A stretch of 64,000 nucleotides of DNA, taken from Octopus sinensis (lineage: Eukaryota). The DNA lies in contig NC_043001.1 in NCBI RefSeq assembly GCF_006345805.1, positions 93,806,001-93,870,000 of the forward strand, in the 5' to 3' direction. Below, in pieces: positions 1-13,600 of the stretch. Under the pieces are notes generated by a model. It saw only the letters and a list, made by a program, of their open reading frames with translations. It made no database searches and was not told where the DNA came from. Within the stretch, counting starts at the first letter, position 1, and every line of letters starts with the position of its first letter. A program made the translations under genes and the position numbers.

Positions 1-262
1 AGTACGTGTTCAAACAATCGTTTTCACCTAAGTGCCATATTAATATATATATGTGTGTGTATGTGTGTGTGTGTGTGGATACGCATACATATTTACTCTC
101 ACACACACATATATGTATATATACATGTATGGAGGCGTGTATGTACCTGCATATATATATATATATAAAATATTATTAGAGACAAAACCACTATTTTGCA
201 AAACAACAAACAGGAAAGACTTAATCAATACATAAAATTTTAATAAATAGTCAAAAAAACCG

Positions 263-305
263 CCACTACAATTGTTACTTGTCTTGATCGACAATCTTCA
301 GGTGG
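263..305 (-). ncRNA. Minimal type-I hammerhead-like motif, inverted copy of 363-405
   Basis: Exact reverse complement of 363-405 in the left arm of the palindrome. Confidence 0.75.
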
Positions 306-362
306 ACTTCCAATAAGTCAGTTTCAAATTATGAAGTAATTTGAAACTGACTTATTGGAAGT

Positions 363-405
363 CCACCTGAAGATTGTCGATCAAGACAAGTAACAATTGT
401 AGTGG
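363..405 (+). ncRNA. Minimal type-I hammerhead ribozyme-like motif (A13>U variant)
   Basis: CCAC|CTGAAGA|TTGTC-GATCAA-GACAA|GTAA|C-AATT-GT|A|GTGG. Stem I is CCAC/GTGG, stem II has 5 bp, stem III is the palindrome ACAATTGT, and the cleavage triplet is GUA. GAAA reads GTAA. Confidence 0.75.
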
Positions 406-578
406 CGGTTTTTTTGACTATTTATTAAAATTTTATGTATTGATTAAGTCTTCCTTGTTTGTTTTGCAAAATAGTGGTTTTGTCTCTAATAATATTTTAT
501 AATATTTTACTATAAAATTGGATTTAATCCTAAATCTGATTTTTTCCCTGTAAATTTGGATTTATTCCCTAATATTTA

Positions 579-617
<39 letters not shown>

Positions 618-1446
618 GGATAGATGGATATACACACACATATGTGTATGTGTGCGTGGGCATCTGTATGTATTCCTTCGTTTTTCTTATAGCTTATATA
701 CATTTTAGGTTTACGATTACGCTCGTTTTTACAGAGTTCTTCGTACAGAGGTACGTGCTTTTTTTTCTTCTCCATGATGCCTCACTTGTCCTGTAAGGCT
801 CTAAGTTTCCTCTCTATTTATTGCAAACAACTTGAAATGATTCAAAGACCTATTGTAGTCAAATAATCTAAACATACATATATATATATGTGTGTGTGTG
901 GAGAGAGAGGAAGAGAGCGAGAAAATGATCTCTATATGTATGTATATATTTTTATAAATATATGCAAAAGATCACTCCGACTAAAATCTATTCACAAAAA
1001 CTGCAAACACACATGTACGTATATTCTTTGTTTCATCTATAAATAATGCTCAAATACACATATAAATAATAATCAGGGGAAAACCTTTCCACTAAGATAA
1101 GCAAATATATAAGATTTTCGTACGCAAAAATATAAAGCATTCTCTGTCTTATACACGTGCGAGTGACTTGGCGAATGCGTGTACGAGCGTGACTGTGTGA
1201 GCGTGTGTGAGCGTGTGTGTGTGTGTGTGTGTGTGTGTGCATGTTTTCGTGTATGTGTATGTGGATGTATACTCTTATACTATTTACATCAGCACATATG
1301 TAGATATTTACATCTGGGATTTCTATTTCCCGTCTGTAATGAAGCTTTTTGCATTGTTTTATCTTTGACTTCTCTATATCTTGGCTTAAATATCACGTTG
1401 TGTGTGTATGTGTACACACACACACATACATACACACACGTATATA

Positions 1447-1541
<95 letters not shown>

Positions 1542-1972
1542 GAAAGAGACAGATAGATAGATATATAGGTGACATATATGTAAATATATATATGTATGTA
1601 TGTATATTTATCTATTTATCTATCTATCTATGTATATTCATATACACATATATAGTGTATTTTCCTTCCTGATTTACTGTATTTTGACTGTTCATTCTAC
1701 ATTATTGTCTGTGTACTATTGCCTTACTAATATTTACAATCTCACTCACAGGCTCACACACACTTGTATGTAAATGAGGAGGCCTCGAAAGCATCCACGG
1801 AGAGGGAGAGAGGGAGAGAGAGAGAGGGGAGAGGGAGAGGTGTGAGAGAGAAATTTATACCAAAGTTTATACAGAACCGTATGAAACTCTACGCTAGCGT
1901 GTTCTATGTTCAACCGCGTACTACATATGAAAACACTCCACTACGATTGAACAAATTTTAATGAACATACTG

Positions 1973-2011
<39 letters not shown>

Positions 2012-2016
2012 ACTAT

Positions 2017-2051
<35 letters not shown>

Positions 2052-2084
2052 CAACAATCAAGGAACGGCCATAATAGGCCATAT

Positions 2085-2142
<58 letters not shown>

Positions 2143-2947
2143 AAGTTTGTATGTATGTGCTTAGAAGAATATATTAATAAAATATCAACTTAGTCTAATG
2201 TTCACGGTTTATTATTTGCAATTTTAACAAATTTTATAATTTTACAATTTTACTATATTGAAACTAGTACTTTCATGAATAACTCAATTATCGGGCTTAT
2301 GTATTAACACTTGTGTTCCACAAGTGACAATTACTGACCTCTATTGGAAACAAATGAGACATTTGTCAATATTCGTTGCTTTTATGTTACACTCTCTTAT
2401 GTTCAAATTTCGCCAAATGCGTTTTATTATTTTTGTTTTTAATATTTAATTTTGCTTGCAATAGCTGGTTCTTTTGGTCGAGCTCTCGCATCTCCAGCTG
2501 TTTCAGATGCCAAGATATGAAAATTGTAGAAGTGTAGTACAATAGTTTAGCATGTTACAAATATCTAGTAATTCCCAGATACGACAGTTTTGCAAAAAAT
2601 ATTTCTCACTGAAAGTATCATACATGCATAGAGTTACGATTTTATGCATCCAACAAATTATTGTTGTGAAGCTGAAATTGTTGCTAATGTAAAAATAAAA
2701 AGGAATGGTGAAACTATTTTTTCGTTTTCTGAAAAAGCAATGTTTCGGACTTAGACACAGCTACATAATAGCAACAATATACATATTTTCATGATGTGAG
2801 TTTAGAGGGATATGCATGTACAACTGTCCTTTTGTTTTCTCTGCAGTGGAAACACATTATATGGTAATAACCATGAAAGACAATAAGCTGAAATATATTT
2901 TGAAGACGAACAAAACTTCATATTCTAAAGAGTTTTAATTATTACTG

Positions 2948-2978
<31 letters not shown>

Positions 2979-3338
2979 CATTTGTATATGCGTCCGGCTG
3001 TCAGTGTGTGTGCATGTTTGTGTCAGTGTGTGTGTGTGTATGCTCGTGCACATGTGAATTTTCTCTATGGTTTCTTAGATATAACTCTTCATCTTTTACA
3101 GTGTATTTCACATCAACCAGTCATTTCATTCCACATTCTCCCTCCAGGAGGTTTCACTGTGAATTCTCCCCCCCTCCCCATCATTTTCGCCATTTTAATT
3201 GATCATAGACTTTCTTTTCTGCCCACTTAAATTCTACGTCACTGTGTTGTTTGCTTCCTTATATCTCAATAGCTTTAAGCTTCTTTTAGTTACTATTTCT
3301 GCTATCCCTTCAGATTCACTTCTGTCACTACTCTCCTG

Positions 3339-3380
<42 letters not shown>

Positions 3381-3466
3381 TGTGTCTGTGTATATGTGTG
3401 TGCGTATGTATACATGTATATATATATATATGTATACGTATATATACATATGCATGTATGTATGTG

Positions 3467-3497
<31 letters not shown>

Positions 3498-4919
3498 ATG
3501 TATGTGTATATACACTTGGCCTTCTACTTTAGATGCATCTGCATTCATCTCACTTCTCATTAACGTTTATTTTCCATCGCACGCTCTACGTCTTCCTCCA
3601 TACATCCATGTTCTGCAGCTATTCGCCATATTTCCCCCCATCTCTATAAAGTACCATATTCCCTGGCGCTTCAAGCTATATGTGCAGAAATGTCTAATAG
3701 AATGGAAATAGAGATGAAGAAAATTTTGGATATTTGAAAAGTGCATGGTTTACTGGTTCGTTTGACTTGGAATGGTTGTAGATAGTGAAATGACTTGAAG
3801 CGATTCCTTAAGGAATCAGACCTTTATACCAGCAACAATACAGTTCAATAAAGCGTGCATTGAAACGCTGAAGCCATTTTTCAACAAGTGCACTTCTCTG
3901 TAGCTGGTAATATTGCAACGATTATTAAATGCACTCTTCCTGTTTGCCTTAATGCATTGTTTGAATGTAAGCATGTATATATGGACACAAACGCACACAT
4001 ATGCATACATATGAATATGTATATATGCGTGTGTGTTTGTGTGTGTGTCTACATCAGTTGCCTTTGGTCATCTATTTTGTTTAACTAGATCAGATTTGAA
4101 CTAACAATCACTGTTCTGAAGTAAATGTAGCAACAGTCTTATGCTCCATATCACAGATTATATACATTCAACGTTACATGTTTAGGTAACTTAAATTTGT
4201 ATTTCTCTGAAGGCTACAATATTAAGTTGACGTCAGTTCAGGGCTTAACAAATTTGTATTCAGCAAGCGTTACAAGTACTGCATCTTTGATTTTTCCAGA
4301 TTTTCCACCAGATTTAAATATCAATTATGGAAATCTCGCTTCATAGTGATGCATGCTTTCTTTTCACACTATATTAGATCAACACATACAAAATCATATA
4401 GAAAGAGAGACTGAATTGAAGCCACCGTAATGTAATTTGAAAATAAAGAACAGAAAACAAAGCCCATGAAAAAATCAACGGTTTAGATATTTATGTTACA
4501 TTTCAGTATTTTGGCTACAAAAAGCCTTTATCAAGACGAATGGATGAGGTCTAGCATATATAGTTCACTATAACTATCAGAGAATGTGTGTTCATATTGA
4601 TTCACATACCTGCATGAATATATGTATGTATAGAAATAAATATGCTTTATGGGCTCGCGTGTATGTTTCATGTCGATATTTATAGATATATATTTATATA
4701 TTTTATAAACGCTTGTATGTATATATGTACACACACACATACGCAGAGAGAGAAAGGGGGAGAGCGTGAGGGAGATAGAGAAAGGGAGAGAGAGTGTGAG
4801 AGATAGGCATCATTGGATCTCGAAAGCCAATGCATCTGCGCCTAGAGAACTTTCTGTCACATATAATCATTAGTATGTATATATATATATATATACATAC
4901 ATACATACATATATATATA

Positions 4920-4992
<73 letters not shown>

Positions 4993-5239
4993 CACGTATA
5001 TAAATGTGTACTTATATGTATATGTATATATATATATACGCATATACACTTATGTATTAGTTTTACAAAATTCTTAATGTGAAAACTTGTGTTGCAGCAC
5101 TTGTGAATAGCCATGTTTTGCCAATTAAACAAACGTACTATTTATTTCAGGAGAAGCATGAGACAGAGAGTCACTGATCAGGTTACAGCATGTGTGAGAA
5201 AAGAAATTTGAGAGACGGATAAACTAAAAATAATAATAT

Positions 5240-5553
5240 CAAGAGCACTTAGAGAGCGCAAGCCTCCGCCAAGGTAACACCTACGGCCCCTCAGCGATTA
5301 GCCAGAGATTATTTTTAAAATGAGAATATCTGAAATAAGCTCGACTGCTCTCACAAACAAGAACATTAAAAATAATCCAGAATCCGCGTCCTGTACCGGA
5401 TCGATGCCAGAATCTAACCAGTTCGTGTCTGTCACAAGCCCAAGCATCCCTGAAAGTCTCATCCGAATCAATCAAGCGGTTCTTGAGATATCTTATCCAA
5501 GATCAAACACTACTGAAAACAAAAGCTCCACCTTCGCTAAGGCGGAGGTAATA
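5240..5553 (-). mobile_element. Non-autonomous Helentron-associated (HINE-like) element
   Basis: Minus-strand 5' end TTATTACCTCCGCCTTAGCGAAGGTGGAG (palindrome). Subterminal inverted repeats CCTCCGCC (5263-5270) and GGCGGAGG (5541-5548). 3' stem-loop GCGCT-CTCTA-AGTGC. Confidence 0.5.
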
Positions 5554-5624
5554 AAAACTAATAATGATAACAACAGCGAAAATTACTTTAGGAATGAGAA
5601 CCAAGGTTCGAAATTTCCCCAAGA

Positions 5625-5666
5625 CACATGATGAAGGCTGGAGAGTGTATCAGCCGAAATGTTGTG
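5625..5666 (+). ncRNA. Minimal hammerhead-like motif (C3>A variant) in a short repeat at ~5556-5755
   Basis: CAC|ATGATGA|A|GGCTG-GAGAGTGTAT-CAGCC|GAAA|TG|T|T|GTG. Stem II is a perfect 5 bp and stem I is CAC/GTG. Confidence 0.6.
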
Positions 5667-6154
5667 CTAACAACAAACAAGATGAGGAAAAATATCCGTC
5701 GATTGTAAATAATATAAATAATGTACATAGTTCCTCATCTCTTGAATACACAAGTATATATAGGTTTTTCTCCTTTGAAAACAGTCATCGAAAATCCATC
5801 GCTTGCACGCAATTTTAGGTTCATCAGTATTTTCTAGTCTGAATTCCAATGTAGCAGTCCATAAAATATCGAATATTCTTAGCAAATATTTAACCTATTA
5901 TAGAGAAACCTGTACATAGAGCTACAAAACATTGTCACTGCAGGTGTTTCAAAATGAACGGATCTGCAATTCTTTTCAATTTCTAAATATACTATAAGAC
6001 AAAGCCTGCATTAGAAATATGACAACATATCAACAATCTGTAACCGAAGAAGAGGAATAGTCTGACGGTTATTTACACAAAACGGAAAGAATTTTGATAA
6101 ACGCAAAATTATATATATGCATATATATACATGTATACATTAGTGTGTGTGTGC

Positions 6155-6224
<70 letters not shown>

Positions 6225-6367
6225 ATATATATATATATATACACACATTTATATATATTAATATTTGTGTCTGTGTGTAATGTATATACGTATATTTGTA
6301 TTTTTACACATATTTCTCTACATGTTTATATATACATATATATAACCACAAATATTATCTACATATG

Positions 6368-6430
<63 letters not shown>

Positions 6431-6434
<4 letters not shown>

Positions 6435-7647
6435 GAGTACAAATACAGACACAACAGACACACATACACACACACATATATATATATACACATATTATGT
6501 GTGTGTGTTTGTGTGATCTGGTTTTTATCTTCTATATGTGCATGCAGGCGTACCTATAGCATGTGTGTGGATCATTTGTGTGTGTGTGTGAGTATCTGTC
6601 CCTTTATGTAGCTTTGTATAGATATCTCCGTATTACTAAGCTTGGTATTTATGAGGAAATTAGCTAAAAACGAAAAGAAGACAAAACAAAATTAGTTCGA
6701 GTCTCTTTATAGTGCATTAAATGATTGATAACTTCCTTCGCTGTCTGTTCTAACACCGCAGAGCGCAATATATTACAGAACTCCATGTTTATTTTCATAT
6801 TTCGTCAGTTTTCCATCAAAATCGGTAATATCTTGTGCTACAAGTCCCAGGGGTTTTGTTTCCAAACATTCAAACTGTTTGTAAAATATTTCTTTTTCCT
6901 TGATGTATTTGTTACTTATTCATGTTTCACTTGAAATATCTATCTATGTATGTATGTATCTATGTATCTATCTATCTATGTATGTATGTATCTATGTATC
7001 TATCTATCTATCTATCTACTATCTATCTATCTATCTATCTATATATATATAATATATATATATATAATATATATATATATACATAGAGTACAAATACAGA
7101 CACAACAGACACACATACACACACACATATATATATATACACATATTATGTGTGTGTGTTGTGTGATCTGGTTTTTATCTTCTATATGTGCATGCAGGCG
7201 TACCTATAGCATGTGTGTGGATCATTTGTGTGTGTGTGTGAGTATCTGTCCCTTTATGTAGCTTTGTATAGATATCTCCGTATTACTAAGCTTGGTATTT
7301 ATGAGGAAATTAGCTAAAAACGAAAAGAAGACAAAACAAAATTAGTTCGAGTCTCTTTATAGTGCATTAAATGATTGATAACTTCCTTCGCTGTCTGTTC
7401 TAACACCGCAGAGCGCAATATATTACAGAACTCCATGTTTATTTTCATATTTCGTCAGTTTTCCATCAAAATCGGTAATATCTTGTGCTACAAGTCCCAG
7501 GGGTTTTGTTTCCAAACATTCAAACTGTTTGTAAAATATTTCTTTTTCCTTGATGTATTTGTTACTTATTTCATGTTTCACTTGAAATATCTATCTATGT
7601 ATGTATGTATCTATGTATCTATCTATCTATGTATGTATGTATCTATG

Positions 7648-7716
<69 letters not shown>
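6431..7716 (+). repeat. Tandem duplication, 651-bp period, 2 copies
   Basis: CATAGAGTAC starts at 6431 and 7082. The ~500-bp unique part differs by only two 1-nt T indels. Both ends lie in (TATC)n/(TA)n. Confidence 0.95.
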
Positions 7717-7718
<2 letters not shown>

Positions 7719-8000
7719 ACTTAAGTAGCTGGCTAGCTAACTCTCTAGCTACCTATCTACATACACACATAAGTAATGCATTGTTTGTTCAAATATTTAA
7801 CAAAATATACCATTGAATGCATTTGAGAGTTGTGAAGTTTTCTATTCATTACCTTATTTACAGCAACGTAACTTTCCATCTATGAAAGGGTAATTTGCTC
7901 TATGCAGCTAGTTCAAACATTATTCGTCTTTTCATCATTTCTGGTAGAAATGGCTATCGACCATCCCAAAACATTATTCTGGACCAAAAATTTGTTTTGC

Positions 8001-8232
8001 CTGTAACACTGTGCGTGGGGGAGCTAAATAAAGAGGGGACAAACAAGGACAGGCAAAGGAATTAAGTCGACTACAACTACCCCAGTGCGCAAACGGTACA
8101 TATTTAATCGATCCCGAAAGGATAAAATGCAAAGTCGACCTCAAAGGAATTTGAACTCAGAGCGTAACGGCAGACGAGATACCACTAAGCATTTCTCTTG
8201 GCGTTCTAAAGATTCCGCCAGCTCGCTTCCTT
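8001..8232 (-). mobile_element. tRNA-headed SINE, family C
   Basis: Minus strand reads AGCGAGCTGGCGGAATC...CTGAGTTCAAATTCC (B-box-like)...GAGGTCGACTTTGC. A degenerate related copy is at ~17500-17705 (+). Confidence 0.6.
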
Positions 8233-8356
8233 ATATGAATGAAATATTGAAAAACATTTCGTTTGACATTTTTCTCTGCTACATTCTAATCCCACCCTTA
8301 TTGTGAGCCAGCTAGTTCTTGCTCATAGAGTTAAAAATACAAGTTATATTTCTTTA

Positions 8357-8745
8357 TTCTTTTACTCTTTTACTTGTTTCAGTCATTTGACTGCGGCCAT
8401 GCTGAAGCACCGCCTTTAGTCGAGCAAATCGACCCCGGAACTTATTCTATCGGTCTCTTTTGCCGAACCGCTAAGTGACGGGGACGTAAACACACCAGCA
8501 TCGGTTGTCAAGCAATGCTAGGGGGACAAACACAGACACACAAACACATACACACACACATACATATATATATACATATATACGACGGGCTTCTTTCAGT
8601 TTCCGTCTACCAAATCCACTCACAAGGCATTGGTCGGCCCGGGGCTATAGCAGAAGACACTTGCCCAAGATGCCACGCAGTGGGATTGAACCCAGAACCA
8701 TGTGGTTGGTTAGCAAGCTACTTACCACACAGCCACTCCTGTGCC
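8357..8745 (-). mobile_element. tRNA-headed SINE, family A, with internal microsatellite
   Basis: Head GGCACAGGAGTGGCTGTGTGGTAAG (A box) and GGGTTCAATCCC (B box), then CTTGGGCAAGTGTCTT core, internal (TA)/(TG) tract and GACTGAAACAAGTAAAAGAG tail. Four other full copies are in the window. Confidence 0.85.
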
Positions 8746-9860
8746 TATGTAATTCAGTTTAAAAATTCAGGTTTAATTACGAGATTTGTTCGCCAGAGTC
8801 AACCCACCTCTAATAATTTTTTACGTAACTTGAGGCTAACAGGAAATCTATTACCCTCATATTTATAGTAATATAATTATGGTACTTGATATTTGTAAGG
8901 GAACACTGATATGAATGTATCAATTTTGGTTGCTGTTTAGTACTTAGATGGGCGTTGGTTAGAAGAATAGGAAAAAAAAAACATGGTATGTTTGATCTAC
9001 TTCAATATCACATTCGAAAAATTTGCAACCCAAAATCTAAATATAGCGATTAAACTAAAGCAGATTCCTTAATCTATCTATCTATCTGCTTGTCTGTCTG
9101 TCTGTCCGTCCGTCTATCCGTCTCTCTCTCTCTCTCTCTCTCTGTCTATGATGTAACAGTCTGTCCGTCTGTCTGTCTGCACATCTGTCTGTCAGTCTGA
9201 GCGTCCATCCATCTGTCTGTTTGTCTGTCAGTCTACTTATCCATATGTCTGTCTGTCCATCCGTCTCTCTGTCTATTTGTCTGTCTGTCTCTCTCTCTAT
9301 CTGTCTATGTATCTATCTAACAATCTATCTATCTATCTATTGTTTTATCCATCTATTGTTTTATCCATCTATCTATCTATCTATTCTTTTCTTTCTTTCC
9401 TTATTTCTGCGTCTTCCTTTTTTTATCTTAATTGGCAAAATGCATTGTGAAAACGACTTTCAACAAATACGACGATAGTGAAAAAGATATCGAATCAGAT
9501 TACACTTTTCGTGTACCAGTATCATGTAGAGTAGACATTATCAAGCAGTACAGAAGTAGCTGCAACGGCAGAAGCTCTAGCATCATTCATCTAGAGTATG
9601 AAGTATAGTTTAGTAGTGTCTCATTCAGAAATAGAAATTTATTTAAATTCATTAAGTAGCGTTAAAGTTAGTATTATCGTGCATGTCAACAACATTATAT
9701 AGAAATTGAAACAACTGAAATAAGATAAAGACTATCAATTCCATTAGTATCTTAAGTTAGTAAATCTAAATATCTGAAACAAAATGCGAACATACATCAA
9801 ACGTGTATTAAAGACAAGAACTGCAACTGTAAAGACAATAGAGATTCTAACTTCATTATA

Positions 9861-10006
9861 GGCGTAGGACTGGCTGTGTGGTAAGTCGCTTGCTTACCAA
9901 CCACAATAGTTCGGGGTTCAGTCCCACTGTGTGGCACCTTGGGCTAGTGTCTTGTACTATAGCCTAGCGCCGACGGAAACTGAAAGAAGCCCGTCGTATA
10001 TATATA

Positions 10007-10065
<59 letters not shown>

Positions 10066-10288
10066 TGTGCGTGTGTGCGTGTGTGTGTGTGTTTGTGTAT
10101 CTGTGTTATCCCCCCCAACATCGATTGACAATTGATGTTGGTGTGTTTACGTCCCTGTAACTTAGCGGTTCGGCAAAAGAGACCGATAGAAAATGTACTA
10201 GGCTTACAAAAAATAAGTCCTGGGGTCGATTTACTCGACTAAAAGGCGGTGCTCCAGCATGGCCACTGTCAAATGACTGAAACAAGTA
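9861..10288 (+). mobile_element. tRNA-headed SINE, family A
   Basis: GGCGTAGGACTGGCTGTGTGGTAAG...GGGTTCAGTCCC...(TA)n(TG)n...GCGGTTCGGCAAAAGAGACCGATAG...GACTGAAACAAG. Confidence 0.85.
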
Positions 10289-11158
10289 ATTAAAAAAAGA
10301 ACCTCAAGAAGTGAAGGTTACAACTTTTATCTGGAAGTGAATCTAATTTACTGTGGTTGCAGACAGATTCCCTAGAACTTACATAATGGAACATGCTATT
10401 ATGAATTAAATTTATGACGCGTAAACTAACTTCCATCTGAAGTATGGATATCTTCAAACACACTTGGTACAACGCTATCATATAACACTCCCTACAAGGT
10501 CTTCGTGTACTGCACAGACATGAAAAACATGCGCAGCGTTATCTTGTAGTAGAAGTTTGGTATATATGTATTACAATTTCAGTAACCTGGATAATAAAAA
10601 CAATGGAACGTTAGTAATTGCAACATTAACATGAAGATCATTAAGAACCCAGGAATCAGATAATGCAGCAAGCATTATGTGATCGATAACTGACGACTAG
10701 TTTTACAGTAATAAAAATAAAACGTGTGACTGCAATAAGAATACCGACTCGTGCATTTAACGATGTCCGCATAAACAGATTTGTTGCAGAAAATCATGTT
10801 TGTAAATTTGATCCGTTTTAATGATTGCTGTACCAAGAGCGGCCACACGGAAACGCAATCATTCGCAAAACACTTGCAATTTAGCAGCGACAACAGCACT
10901 GTGATAAGAAAGTGTGCCATCGCCTATTATATTAACATCGTTAATAACGATGATTTTATTTTTAGCTAAAAAATGTAACGGTTTATATGGATGGGTATAT
11001 AGTTGGCTGAAATGGTTTCGTTATTTGCAGGACAGTGGCGTCATTGACTAGTAAAATCTATTCCACACCAATTTGAATTCGAACCAGTAAAACAGTGTTG
11101 GATGTGTGGAAGTATTTTTGTTTTGCTACTCATTGTATCTATTATCATTTCCTTCCGT

Positions 11159-11267
11159 ATATGCCGCAAATGAGAATTTCAATGGTAAATAAGATACGGT
11201 ATGTAGAATATTTTCAATATGCCGCAAATGAGAATTTCAATGGTAATTAAGATACGCTATGTAGAAT
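11159..11267 (+). repeat. 58-bp tandem duplication (2 copies)
   Basis: ATATGCCGCAAATGAGAATTTCAATGGTAA... at 11159 and 11217, with 2 mismatches. Confidence 0.9.
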
Positions 11268-13600
11268 TGACTGAGATATATCAATATTGAGTATTGTAGA
11301 CTCTTATCAGACATAGAAGAGAGAAGGTTGAAATGTAGCCAGGTTTGAACTCACAAACGAAAGGCATGAAAATATATAGCGTAATATTTGTCTCACACCA
11401 CTGTTCAAGCACCAACGGCGATGCAAATCAAGAAATATATTAGCAAGAACCAGATGAGAAATACAGCAATGGCAGAACCATTGAAACAATACTAATACTA
11501 ACAACTAAAATCGACATTCTGATAAACAAGAATAACAACTGCAAAAATGATAAACACAAGATTATCATGAATAACAAAAAAAAAACGTAAAGAAGAATAA
11601 ACGATATTAACAAGAATAGCAACAATAATGATAACAAGAAACATGAATGCAAATCTCTAAAAACCAAATGTAAATAAAATAAATAAATAACTGACTTCAG
11701 TAGCAATAACAAGAAGAACTAGAGAGTAAGAGAATTGCAACAACGAAAGCAACAAGAAATAGAACAAAATGTTCGGCAACACGCTATAGATGAAACGATT
11801 TATGAATGATGCACATATTCAATTACGCAACACACACACGCACACACGTAGACAACATTCCTTGCTTCAAATACACACGATTATTTATCTACAAACGCAC
11901 ATATATGCAGTTTCTCTGCGTGTGTATATACATGTATAGGCACATTAACATATCCAAAAATATACGCTTACAATGGCAGTCGATCACATACAAACTTACA
12001 CAAAATATTCTTCAAATACACAGAAATACACCCATTTACGAACAGACAAATACATCGATAGACGAATACACTCACAAATAGAATCCCATCGACACAAAGA
12101 TACATTTGCGTAAGAAACACATTCTCACTTAAACACATGTACATTTGCACACGTTATTCATGAAATAAAATAAAAAAGCATACACACACAATACGTACAC
12201 ACATATAAAACAACAACACATACAATTATACTGACGATATCTTTCAAAACCCACCAACTCTCACATACATAAAGACGCACACTAACACGCCGAAGAAGAA
12301 AGAATACATTCAGCAATTATCAGGCATCTAAAAGAAGACTGTCAGTCGCCATATTGCATCGATTTAGTATAGGAAAATCTCACGTAGCATCTACAGCACG
12401 ATTGCCGTTCTGAAGAGCTGTTCTGGCCACCATAATTTACGACTGCACAGTTTTGCGATGTGAAATTGCTTTACAATCTATTTCAGACGTCTCTACATCG
12501 CTGCTACTGGCTTTGTTATTCCGTTTACTTTTTTTATGATATAAGCACAAGCCAGTGCTTAAAATGCCAGAGAATAGTCCACTGAATCGATTCTGGAACC
12601 TTTATGTTGCTCACTGCATTAAACGGAAAGCAAAAATGCTCAGCCGTCAATAGCAAAATTAGAAAGGAAACTGAAAATAATGTATTTAGCCTAATTGGAT
12701 TGCTATCAAAATCGTATTTTTCTTACTGGCTTCTCACATAAGGACACGCGTAAATTCGTGCAAATGATGGAACTGAAACATACACCAATTCCTGACTGGT
12801 ATTAGTTTTGCCTTTGCCTGGAAATAAGAAATACCAATGTGCTAATAATGTGGTAGCTAAACAAGTGAAAATAATGACAGAGCTCTACGAACATAATTTC
12901 CAAGACCTTTATACATATCAACTTTCATGCAGGCGCTGACAATTCCAACTGAAAAATACAACTTTTAATGATCTTTCACTGAAAAAACAGACAAAACATT
13001 TATTCTTATTTTATGATGTCTAAAGATATTCAGAAAGAAATTTTATATCGGATGTTACAAATACTATTATATAAAATCTAGTAGAATCGAATAAAAAAAA
13101 GTAAGTAGAATGTTTCGGTACCTGATATAATAGTGATCATAATGAATAAAATAAGAAACACGATTTGATGGAAATAGAATTGTCGCAATGTCATCTGACT
13201 AGGGACAGGATTATCCCCTAGTGATCAAACACCATAACAAAATCAACATTTATTCTCTATTTCAAACACATTATCAATATCACCTAGAAACATATAATCA
13301 ATCCAACTTACTCTCACCCGACACTAACATAATACAGAGTGGTTATACGATCAGTCCACCTTAAAATGTCACGTCAAGACGAAACTAATGAAGATTTCCA
13401 TCTAATGAAGTGGGCAACATGAAAATCAAAAGTGGTGCTAGAATTTAATCTCGATTAGATTATGAAAGGCAGTTCTTTTACTTACAATTAAAAATCACTC
13501 ACATAACATTTGAAACAGAAACGTGACTGACACTCATTAATAAGCAGCTTTGATGCTGAAGCTGCTTCACAGAAGTTTTGCACTTTGTATATCATATGTC

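Larger units (their letters stand above)
164..501. repeat. Near-perfect palindrome (~165-bp arms, 5-nt spacer TGAAG), Penelope pLTR-like, embedded in (TA)n
   Basis: 164-331 is the reverse complement of 337-501, apart from small indels around 200-216/449-465. A ~85-bp unpaired tail runs to (TA)n at ~585. Each arm contains a hammerhead-like core. Confidence 0.9.

Noticed and set aside
11159-11267. CRISPR-like repeat
   Set aside because: Only two abutting 58-bp copies with no unique spacers, in a eukaryotic context.
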